Below are positions 27,331 through 38,442 of a DNA stretch of 64,000 nucleotides, piece by piece. Within the stretch, counting starts at the first letter, position 1, and every line of letters begins with the position of its first letter. A program made the position numbers and the translations under genes. This DNA comes from Octopus sinensis (Eukaryota). The notes under the pieces are model-generated. The model was not told the DNA's origin. It worked only from the letters and a program-made list of their open reading frames with translations, and ran no database searches. The stretch is from contig NC_043016.1 of the NCBI RefSeq assembly GCF_006345805.1, positions 10,850,001 through 10,914,000 on the forward strand. Direction: 5' to 3'.

Positions 27331-27909
27331 TCAATGCTAAACCAACCAAGGATTATTTTACAAATCAATATGAATTGTTGAAGCACATTTTTTTTTTTCT
27401 TTTTCTGCTTGACGATTTTTCTTAACATGAATCATTGAACCATGGCTAGTTTATTGAGGATTCCGTTCATTAATTTCAGAGACTTGGTTTCTAAGCATTA
27501 AATAAATGACAACGCTAAAATCCCTTTTTCATTGATGTCGAAACATTAAACAGTCTATCTTAATTTCAGGCAACATTTCCACATGATCCAATACCTGTTA
27601 AGGTGAAATGATACAATGTAATATTCTGTCGTTGTGTTTTGTACATCCAACCTAACTCTTGAATGCTTTTAGTTAAGTCTCATCTTTCGCAGAAATTCAT
27701 CTTAGGATAATGAATCTCGTCTTAGGATAATTCTTCCTCCCTTACCTCTTTCAAGTAAATTGGAGCTCCCCTTCCTCTTTTAAGCAATAAAAGACAATAA
27801 TTAGTAAAAACATTAATTAGAAGCAACATTAATACCAACAGGTACAACCACATGGTTCTGGGTTCAGTCCCACTGCGTCTTCTACTATAGCCTTGGGCCG
27901 ACCGAGCCT

Positions 27910-28230
27910 TGTGAGTGGATTTGGTAGATGGAAACTGAAAGAAGCCTGTTGTATCATCATCATCATCATCATCATTTAGCGTCCGCTTTCCATGCTAGCA
28001 TGGGTTGGACGGTTCAACTGGGGTCTGTGAAGCCGGAAGGCCGCATCAGGCCCAGTCTGATCTGGCAGGGTTTCTAGATCAGACTGGCCTGATGCGGCCT
28101 TCTGGCTTCACAGACCTCAATGAACCGTCCAACCCATGCTAGCATAGAAAGCGGACGCTAAATGATGATGATGATGATGATGATGATACAACAGGCTTCT
28201 TTCAGTTTCCATCTACCAAATCCACTCACA
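27910..28230. repeat. 321-bp chimeric palindrome (family-A SINE segment plus RTE tail, inverted)
   Basis: 27910-28063 is the reverse complement of 28076-28230 with a few mismatches. Confidence 0.9.
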
Positions 28231-28519
28231 TATATGTATAAGTGTGTCTGTGTTTGTGTCCCACACACACACTCACAACATCGCTTGACAACTGATGTTG
28301 GTGTATTTACATCCCCGTAACTTAGCAGTTCGGCAAAGAGATTGGTGGAATAAGTACTAGGCTTACAAAGAATAAGTTCTGGGATCAATTTGTTCGACTA
28401 AAAGCGGTGCTCCAGCATGACCACAGTCAACTGACTGAAACAAATAAAATAAAAAAGAAAGGTAATATTTATCTCCCTTCTTGAAAGTGCACTTTATGTT
28501 AAAAAGCAGGATACTGTCA

Positions 28520-29900
28520 TAGTTATCATGGGAGAACCTTTTATGTGGACCTCTGATGCATATAAGCATTTGTGTTTATATTGCTAACAGGAGACAATCG
28601 TCTGCTATCACTACCAGAACTGTCAGATGATGATTTCAGCCTCCTTTGGCCTTGTCAATGATAGATGTCTGTGCTTAGAGATAGCAGTGATTCCTTCATC
28701 AACAATATATATAGAATCTCAGTGTCCATTCAGGCACTGGTATCACAATAGCCAATGAACTTATTAAAAAATACGATGCAGCACGGATTTTTGTCAGTGA
28801 ACAGGTCGCGGTCTTAAAGCGCCGAAAATATTTTGACAAATTAAACTTAAATGTTGAAGTGAATTGAACGGCTTTTTGTGTGTTTCTTAAATGGCTTATA
28901 AGTACCTTCCACGCTGCAATTGTTTTCGTTTCAGCACACGATCTCAGATCAAATCACTTGCTATGCAAGTACATCTCCGTAAAAAAATAATTAATAATGA
29001 CAAGTTGTATTAATATCAAAAGAGAATATTTATACCCACTTATAAATGGATGTTGTGCTGGACTACAGAATTCTGCAATATTTATCATGAAAGAACTTTT
29101 TGTATGAGCCTCTGGTGCATATAAGCACTCTTGCTTATATTAGTAACGGGAGGTAATCATCTGCTATCATTGCCGGAACTACCAGATCATGTGATTTCAA
29201 CCTTTCTTGGCCTTGTCAGTGGTAGGTACCCATGGCTAAAGACAGCAGTGAGTCCCATGAGAGAAATATATATAGAATGACAGAACCTCAACAAGCACTG
29301 CCAGTGGGCTTATATCAAGAAATAATTATTAGGGATTTATCCCCACCACATAAAAGTGGACCTTGGGTTAGAATACAGAGTATTGTGATAGTTGCCATGA
29401 GAGAACTTCTCATAAGGTTTTGTGGTGCATATAGACTCTCTTGTTCATATTGGTAACGGGAGGTAAGTCATCCATTATTGTTGCCAGCACTACCAGATTA
29501 CATGATTTCAGCCTTTCTTGGCCTTGTCAATGATAGATGCCCAACTGCTGGAAAAAGCAGCAACAGTTCTGCTAACGATATACATAGAATCTCAGTATCT
29601 ATTCAGGCACTGGTGTTACAAACAGCCTGTGGGATTATTAAAAAATAATTAATAGTGACAGAAGCAGTATTAATATCATTGCCAGAACTACTAGATCATG
29701 CGATTTCAGCCTTCCTTGGCCTTGTCAATGGTAAATGCCCACAGCTAGAGAGAGTAATGATTCCTTCATCAGTGATATATAATCTCAGTGTTTATTCAAG
29801 CACTGGTGTTTTAAATAGCCAACGACCTAATTAAAAAACAATTGATAGCATCAGAAGCAATACTAATACCAAAAGGTGGTTATTGTACCACAAGATCTCA
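28520..29900. repeat. Ancient diverged tandem array of ~200-350-bp units
   Basis: Anchor tgatttcagcct..cttggccttgtcaatg at 28631, 29192, 29503, 29701. Confidence 0.8.
28780..28985 (-). mobile_element. Unclassified interspersed repeat; inverse copy at 33390-33600
   Basis: ggatttttgtcagtgaacaggtc...gcaagtacatctccgtaa is the reverse complement of 33399-33595. Confidence 0.7.
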
Positions 29901-29986
29901 TGAGAGGTTCTCTCAAGGTAAATAATGCAGTATTCTGTGTTCCTACACAACATACACAATATAAAAGAAATAACCTATGAAAGACA

Positions 29987-30328
29987 TCTTTATATATAAA
30001 AGTGAGGTTGTGTGCTGTCTGTCTCCTACGATTTAGATTCCTAACTACTCCCACATTTTGCGGTGCAGTTTAGCCAAAACCGGGTATCTTATAGTCGTGA
30101 TTCATATCGAGCCCTTCTGGGTATTAGCGTGCGTCTACGATGAGTCTACAATTTTTAAAAAAATTACCATCATTTTTTTTCCCATTTTTAATGCATTTTT
30201 GGCATATATAAGGGAAGTAACTCTTTGTGGTTAGCCATATTGAGATGGCTATTATACTTTACATCTCTAAAAATGCTTATATAGTTATTTCCCTTACAAC
30301 CCCGAGCAACGCCGGGCGATACTGCTAG
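29987..30328 (+). mobile_element. Non-autonomous Helitron
   Basis: A|TC start, 3' hairpin cccgagcaacgccggg, CTAG|T end; internal deletion relative to the two other copies. Confidence 0.85.
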
Positions 30329-31853
30329 TTCAACATAAATATTTTATTGTTAAAATACATAACATATATGCTGTGGATTTGAACTTAAGAACTCTAAGTT
30401 GCTGATTCAATACTTTATTCTCTCAGCCATTGTATTTCTACCTAAGTTAGGGTAAAATGCAATGTTTTGTTTGTTTTTGTTGAGTCCTAAGCTTTGATTA
30501 GAAACTATTAGTTGAATAATCTTTTAGTAAATTTTCTTGTAAATATTTTATGCATCTGTAAAGTGTCTTGTAAAATAGATAAAACATACTAGAGGTTTCA
30601 ATGTTTCAAATAATAGACAAGGCATTCCTTTTTTGATTATTTGCATCTACTGGTTAAACGGTCTTCCAGCAGTAATTCCTGTAAGCGTTGCCTGATTATG
30701 AAAGTTGCTCTGCAAATCACACAAAGTATAATGGAAGATTCCATTGATCTAATGGCTTTCCATCTCACCATCTTAATTTAAGCCTAAATATCATGAATTT
30801 GCATTACACAGCATTATACATATGAGCTGAATGTAAACTAATTTCCATAACTCAACCCCCCCCCCCGCCAATCAGTTGCATTACCATTGTCGATATTTGA
30901 ACCCCAACTGCAAAGACATTCAGTGAAGTATCACAAGTGAGCCACCACAGTTTCATGTGGTTGATCTATAAATCAACCAATCAGCACGAAATCATGACAT
31001 GGACTCTTGGATGATCCAAACTTCACTCCATCTTCATCATCATCAACATCATTTAACGTCCGCTTTCCATGCTAGCATGGGGTGGATGATTTGACTGAGG
31101 GCTGGTGAACCAGATGGCTGCACCAGGCTCCAATCTGATCTGGCAGAGTTTCTACAGCTGAGTGCCCTTCCTAACACCAACCACTCCGAGAGTATAGTGG
31201 ATGCTTTTATGTGCCACCGGTACAAAGGCCAGTCAGGTGGTACTGGAACGGCCATGCTCAAATGGTGTTTTTTACGTGTCACCTGCACAGGAGCCAGTCC
31301 AGCGGCACTGACAACAACCTCACTGAAACATTTTTTCACATGCCAGAATTTGTAAATTTATCAATTTAAAAAAAAAAAAAAAAGGTGGGAAAACGTCAAA
31401 ATAATCGAACAGCGTTCAGTCGACCCAGTTTTAACTCCCGAAAGTAGCCACGGCTGAAGTTAAAATTAATTTATCGACACAAAGAAATACAATTTCGTCC
31501 TGTTGTTATGACGACAGAAACATCAGCAAAGATACTTGCAACAGCAGCAACAACAGTAACAACAACGACAACAAGAGTAAGGACAATGTGTACAGCAGCA
31601 GTAGCAGCAATAGCGGCAGCAGCACAAACTGCAGAAACGACAATAGTAGCAACATCAGCAACAACAACAACAACAACAAGATAACAAAACTGTATGGAAG
31701 ACAACCATGACAACAGCAACAATAACATGAGCTGCTGATCTCGATGCTGGAGTCGGTGGAGATTAAGCGTGCATTCTGCACCGAAATAAGAGTGTTTCTC
31801 TCAGTGTATCTACCACAGAACACCCATGTTTAAGTGGGGACAGATATTACCTC

Positions 31854-32618
31854 GGATCTTTTCCTTTTGATAGCCAGTTTTCAACACAATTTCTAGTTAA
31901 CTAAACACTTTTAAACTTCGTATACTGGTGGAATGTGTCAAAGTAAAACATTTTTTTCTCTTGGCTTTCTTGAGAAAATTGTAATTTGCAGGTTTAGCGT
32001 GGTTTGATTTTTCGAATTTTAACCAATCCTATGCCCTCTATTGAGCTGGAATCATTTGCTGCGTCTAAAACTGAGACAACATCCTGTCACTAATCCTAAC
32101 CCTCACCCTAACCCTAAATTTTAGCCTTTCGTTTTTTTTTTCTTAATTGTTAAATTAATTTAAGGATAACAATTAAGAAAAAAAAAAAACGAAAGGCTAA
32201 AACGAAAGCAATAGAAAATAATTTTAATTTAACAATTAAGAAAAAAAAAACGAAAGCAAAAACTCAAAACAAAAACAAAACGAATAATTTTAGACACGCG
32301 TAACAATTAAATTAATTTAACAATTAAGAAAAAAAAAAAACAAATGCTAAAATTTAGGGTTAGTGTTAGGGTTAGTGACAGTATGTTGTCTCAGTTTTGG
32401 ACGCAGCAGATGATTTTGGCTTTGTAGAGGGCATGGGTTGGTTGAAGTTCGAAAAGTTGAACTACGTTGGGCTTGCAAATTGCAACTTTCTCGGGGGGGG
32501 GGGGGGGGCAGGAGAGAGAAATGTTTTGTTTTGACGCATTCTTCCAGTGTGCGAAGTTTAAAAGTGTTTAGTTGGCTGGAAATTGTGTTGAGGGCTGCCG
32601 TTCAAAAGGAAAAGATCC
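31854..32618. mobile_element. Merlin-type foldback MITE (GG...CC termini, perfect 8-bp TSD ATTACCTC) with (TTAGGG)-like motifs in the arms
   Basis: attacctc at 31846-31853 and 32619-32626; ~270-bp inverted arms. Confidence 0.85.
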
Positions 32619-32679
32619 ATTACCTCTTCATATTGATACTGCCTCTGTCACTTACATATATATTCTAAAAACATTCGGG

Positions 32680-32970
32680 CGAGGTCGTTGCCAGTGCCAC
32701 TGAACTGGCTCCTGTGCAGGTGGCACATAAAAAGCACCATTTGTATGTAGTGGCCGTTGCCAGTACCGCCTGACTGGCCCTCGTGCTGGTAGCACGTAAA
32801 AGCACCCACTACACTCTCGGAGTGGTTGGCATTAGGAAGGGCATCAAGCTGTAGAAACTCTGCCAGATCAAGATTGGAGCCTGGTGCAGCCATCTGGTTT
32901 GCCAGTCCTCAGTCAAATCGTCCAACCCATGCTAGCATGGAAAGCGGACGTTAACTGGTGATGATGATGA
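32680..32970 (+). mobile_element. RTE-type 3' tail copy
   Basis: Two hairpin units plus gtggttggcattaggaagggcatc...cggacgttaa (gat)n. Confidence 0.8.
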
Positions 32971-34801
32971 AGATCTACTATGATGGTTTCCCTGTAGTTG
33001 TCAAATTGTAGTTACTGAAAGAAACATCAATTGATTTGAGTTCATTGGTCTTGGGTGAAGTCCTGGTGTTGATCTAATTGATTGAACCACCACTCTATTC
33101 TTGACAATTTGGCCTTTTTTTTTCTATAGTTTGATCTATGGCTGTGTTGTAAGAACTTTGCTCCTCAACCTCATAGTTTTGGGTTCAGTTCTACTACATG
33201 GTACTGTGGGTGAGTGTCTTTTGCTATAACCCTAGGCTAACCAAAGCTTTCAGATGAATCTGGTGGACAGAAACTGAAACGCTTGAAATGAAAGAGTGGT
33301 TTTGAATCTGGTGACCACCTACCTGAAATGGTAGATAGATTGTTTACATTGTTGTTGCTTTGTTTTATATAAGCTATTCCAAGTGGGAACATGTCCAATT
33401 ACGGAGATGTACTTGCATAGCGAGTAACTTGATCTGAGATTGTGTGCTGGAACGAAAACAATTGCAGCGTGGAAGGTGTTTATAAGCCATTTAAGAAACA
33501 CACAAAACCCGTTAGATTCACTTCAACATTTAAGTTTAATTTGTCAAAATGTTTTCGTCACTTTCAGACCGTGACCTGTTCACTGACAAAAATCCGAGAT
33601 GCATCTCATGTCCAATGTTTTACTATTTGGGGTTATTTATGAATAACAATGATGTAATATAGGGTATAAAGGAAACCAGAATCTGAGAACTAGGGTTCTG
33701 CTAAATTTGTATTTCAATTTTGAAAGAGTTTCAAGAGAATCAGGTATTTTCAGGTCAACAATGTTTTTTTTTGGGGTTTTTTTTTTCTTGTTTTGTTTTA
33801 GGATATGGTCAGTTTTTTATAGTTCTGATACTTTTGGATTTCCTGGAATTTGGCCAAGGATGAAAGGCCAAGTCAACCTCAATGGAATTTGAACTCAGAA
33901 TGTAAAGATGACAAAATATTGCTAAGCAATTCACCTGGCATTCTAACAAATAATAATGATGATGAGGATGATGGTGATAGTGGCGATGGTGGCGGCGGTG
34001 TTGATGATGATGATGATGATGATAAGTGGCTCTCGTGGCTTCTGATCTTAACTGACTGGAAGTGTTATCATGTACATTGTTTTGTCTTGGTATAAAAGAT
34101 GGGCTACAGCAAATATTCTGCTCAATACCACAGATTTGCTTGTCAGTTGTTTGACCTTAACCAGTTGACCATGTCCCTTAGTGGCTGACGATATGTGCAT
34201 CTCTGATCATGAGCAGAAGTAATGGGAGAGCATCATAGCCATGTGTTGAGAGGGATTCTTTGGGGTTTGAATAATTCACCTCTGGAAACATGGGTGCTTT
34301 GTCCAACATTCTTAAACAACCCTTGTTCAGGGACCTTTTAAGCAGAATGGGTTACTCGATGAGAAAAAAATTCAAAGTGGGTCCCACCTGCAAGGTCATG
34401 TGCTGTTTATCTTGATATGAGATCACCATGTCACACACATATGGTTGTGATGCATGTGCCTGGTGTATCCTTATCAGACGGGTAGTCATGATGGGTATAC
34501 TGGGCTTCGTATATTTTATCCCAGTGTCACTTTGATGGCATGCTCTGTTCTCTCACTCATTAATAATAATGATAATTATCATCATCATCATCATCATCTT
34601 CATTATTATTATCATTATGAAAGCAGTGAGCTGACAAAATCATCAAACTACCAAAAGGTTCGGTGGTATTTCTTCTGTTTACATTCTGAATTCAAATGCT
34701 GCTGAGGTCAACTTTGCATTTTACCCTTTTGGAGTCAATAAAATAAGTACCAGTTACACACTGGGGTCTAGGTTTTGGGTCTTTTGCCTATAACAGAAAA
34801 G

Positions 34802-34838
<37 letters not shown>

Positions 34839-34844
34839 TTATTA

Positions 34845-35325
34845 GCGCCGCCTCGACTGGCTTCCGTGCCGGTGGTACGTAAAAAGCACCATCCGAATCG
34901 TGGCCGATGCCAGTGCCAGTGCCGCCTCGACTGGCTTCCGTGCCGGTGGCACGTAAAAAGCACCATCCGAATCATGGCTGATGCCAGTGCTGCCTTGACT
35001 GGCTTCTGTGCCGGTGGCACATAAAAAGCACCATCCGAATCGTGGCCAATGCCAGTGCCGCCTCGACTGGCTTCCGTGCCGGTGGCACGTAAAATGCACC
35101 AATCCGACCGTGGCCGTTGCCAGCCTCGCCTGGCACCTGTGCAGGTGACACGTAAAAAGCACCCACTACACTCACGGAGTGGTTGGCATTAGGAAGGGCA
35201 TCCAGCTGTAGAAACATTGCCAGATAAGACTGGAGCCTGGTGCAGCCTTCTGGCTTCCCAGATCCCCGGTCGAACTGTCCAACCCATGCTAGCGTGGTGA
35301 GCGGACGTTAAACGATGATGATGAT
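34845..35325 (+). mobile_element. RTE-type 3' tail with four tandem ~68-bp hairpin units
   Basis: gccgcctcgactggcttccgtgccggtggcacgtaaaaagcaccatccgaatcgtggcc at about 34847, 34921, 34989, 35057. Confidence 0.85.
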
Positions 35326-36156
35326 CATCATCATCATCAACTTTCACTTCACTTTTCAGTAAGGCAACGCTGGTGATGATCACACTCGAATGGTGCTTTT
35401 TACGTGCCACCAGCACACAAAATCCATTTGGTGCCCAACTCAAAACCAGATATCCATGGGCATTCGCACATAACACCTAGGGCACTCATGGAAGGTAGAC
35501 TGTTAAAACCAAACCACCTCAGGCACTCGAAACTGAAATATATGGTGCTAGACACACAGGGAGTCAAGAAACTGTCAGCGTTGATAGACTTAAGAAAGCT
35601 TCTGTCAAATCAATACCCCTACCACAAACACTGGTGATCAATCTCCCTCGCAACACCATAATTCTGGATTGTATAACCAGAAGTAAAGCAGTTATATCTT
35701 CTTGTCCAGGTTAATTGATGTGTAGTGAAAAGTTAAGCTCATTATATAAACGTTACATTTTTCTATAATAGTAGCAATATATTAAATGTTTGACAGAGAC
35801 GGCAAACACATTTCTCATGGAATTACTGCTGTCAACCTTTAGCACAGAAAGCCAGAACGTAATGCCTTCCATTATGGAAAATATCGCTTTAATTATTCAA
35901 AGTGAAAGTTACGTTAATAAATAATCAATAAGGATGATATATAAATACAGTCATTATTTCTGTTTCTAAATGAATGTAATTATTATAACGAACCATCTCT
36001 CCATATGTTTCTATTGAATGACTGAATAAAAGTATTTGATAATAAAATGTATTTAAACTAATGTATAATGAAAGGGTTTCCGTTCTGTTTTGTGTCTTTT
36101 AAATCCTTCTGCACTGGTTGACTTGCCATTGGCTGACTTGACAATAGATGCACTTC

Positions 36157-36396
36157 AAGGGGTTTTAGTCAACCAAATTGAAGGGGTTTTAGTTGACCAA
36201 ATTGAAGGGGTTTAAGTTGACCAAATTGAAGGGGTTTTAGTTGACCAAATTGAAGGGGTTTAAGTTGACCAAATTGAAGGGGTTTTAGTTGACCAAATTG
36301 AAGGGGTTTAAGTTGACCAAATTGAAGGGGTTTAAGTTGATCAAACTGAAAGGTTTTTAGTCAAGCGAACTGAAGAGTTTTTAGTTAACTAATTTG
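36157..36396. repeat. 24-bp minisatellite, 10 copies
   Basis: aaggggttttagttgaccaaattg in exact 24-bp register. Confidence 0.95.
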
Positions 36397-36959
36397 AAGG
36401 GCAGTGGTAGTGGTAGTAGTAGTGGTGGTGGTGGTAGTAGTAGTAGTAGTAGTATAGCATGATTTTAAATTTTGGCACAAGGCCTGCAATGTCGTGGAAG
36501 GAGTTTAAGTCTATTACATTGACTCTCCCCCAGTATTCAACTGATACTGGTGAAAGTAAAGAATATGGTGGTTAGGGTTAGGGTTTTTGTTACTTCGAAA
36601 ATTGGTGTTGTACATATTCTTTACTTCTCCACCCTGGTACTTATTTTATCCACCCTGAAAGGATAAAAGGCAAAGTGAACCCCAACAGCATTTGGAAAAG
36701 TATTTTGATATTTCAGAAGCAGATATGGCTTCTCAGTTCACCAACTTTCTTTTTCCTGGCAGAGGTAAAGAATTCACACACCACTCATTTTGGCGTAACA
36801 AAAACCCTAAACCTAATCCTAAACACCGGGTATGCATATTCTTTACCTTTGCCCTTTTTTCTAATTTTATCATTCATTATAAAAATCCTGCATGTGAGAC
36901 CTTGGTTCATTCGGTAGCTGCCAAGTACGAAATATCAAGGCCCTAAGTAACTGGGTGAA

Positions 36960-37355
36960 GGTAAAAGCATGTGCACACCACCCATCAGACGAAAGTGAAA
37001 CATCTGAAGTTTTTAGCTTTTTGAAAGCGGAGAGGTGATGGGTGGGCAAGGTGAAGGAAGGAGCCTAAAGTGTTTCTTTAAGAAAAATTAAAATTTTTTT
37101 TTTTAAATCCCAGATTCGTAATCTCTGTATTTTTATACGCAGATTAAAAAAAAAAAAACTTCGAAAATGTTAAAAATTAAGAAATTGGGGTTTGGAGGTT
37201 GAGGTGGGTAAATTAAAATTTTGAAAACGTGGTTTTTAGGTAATATTGAATTCTCCTATATCAAAAAATAGAAATCCGAAAATATTTTGGAAAAAAAAAA
37301 TTTTTTTTTTTTAAAACACCGAAAATGGGTGGTGTGCACGCGCTATACTTTTGCC
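36960..37355. mobile_element. GG...CC TIR element (no clear TSD)
   Basis: ggtaaaagcatgtgcacaccacccat / atgggtggtgtgcacgcgctatacttttgcc. Confidence 0.55.
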
Positions 37356-37956
37356 AATAAATGTTGCTGATTTTGTGGATTTTCTCCATTTCCACCAGAA
37401 CTTTCCAAACTTCTTTTGCAATAAAATTCTTAAAATCCACACAAACAGACATCATCCCACATGAGCTCACTATTCTCTTCTCCCACCACGTACTTTCAGG
37501 ACAGCCATCACCCTTAATAAGAATTTCTTTTTCCCCATATCAGTTTGTTCGTCTTTACGTTCTGAGTTCAAATTCAGCAGAAGTGGACCTTGCCTTTCGT
37601 CCTTTTGGGGGTCAATAAAATAAGAACCAGTCAAACTCTAGGGGGTCGATGTAATCGACTTGACACCTCCCCTAAATTTCTGACCTTGTACCTATAGGAG
37701 AAAGGATTCTTTTATTTTCCATATTCTGGAACATAGGTAATTCCGATTTTTTTAGGAAAAAAATAAATCTATTTATTTTAAACATCAACCCCCTCTTCTC
37801 ACCCACCTACTAAAAAAATAGCGACCACCACTGAAAGTATTTTCCCCCGTTGGTTTCAGTTATTTTTAAATGTTTGTAATACACACTTAAAATGAAACAA
37901 AACAAAATTTCACCACCTCCACCACCATCGTACCTATCTGGATTGAAATGTCGCTG

Positions 37957-38357
37957 TATATGTATATATATATATGAAGTTGTGTGTCTGTCTCCTACGA
38001 TTTAGATTCCTAACTACTCCCACATTTTGCGGTGCAGTTTAACCAAATTCGGGTATCTTATAGTCGTGATTCATATCGAGCCCTTCTGGGTATTAGCGCG
38101 CGTCTACGATGAGTCTACGATTTTAAAAATAATTTAACATCATTTTTTCCCATTTTTAATGCATTTTTTTTGCTATTATATAAGGGAAGTAACTCTCTAA
38201 AAATGTATTATTAAATCTCAGAACGTAAAAAGCTACAGTAACACCCCACCCCTTTGTGGTTAGCCATATTGAGATGGCTATTATACTTACATCTCTAAAA
38301 ATGCTTATATATAGTATTTCCCTTACAAACCCGAGCAACGCCGGGCGATACTGCTAG
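37957..38357 (+). mobile_element. Non-autonomous Helitron (same family as 29987 and 63150)
   Basis: Shared body and 3' hairpin plus CTAG|T; 5' end blurred by (TA)n. Confidence 0.85.
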
Positions 38358-38442
38358 TATATATATATAATATCTTTTTTATCCAATATCCAAAAATTAA
38401 AAATGGCAAAAAAAAGAACAAAAAAAAATGAAAAACAAAAAA

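Noticed and set aside
34847-34915. HDV-like ribozyme resemblance (GCC gcctcgact GGC, similar to P3/L3) in the RTE tail unit
   Set aside because: No upstream strand to form P1 and no P2 partner; the following bases vary among copies
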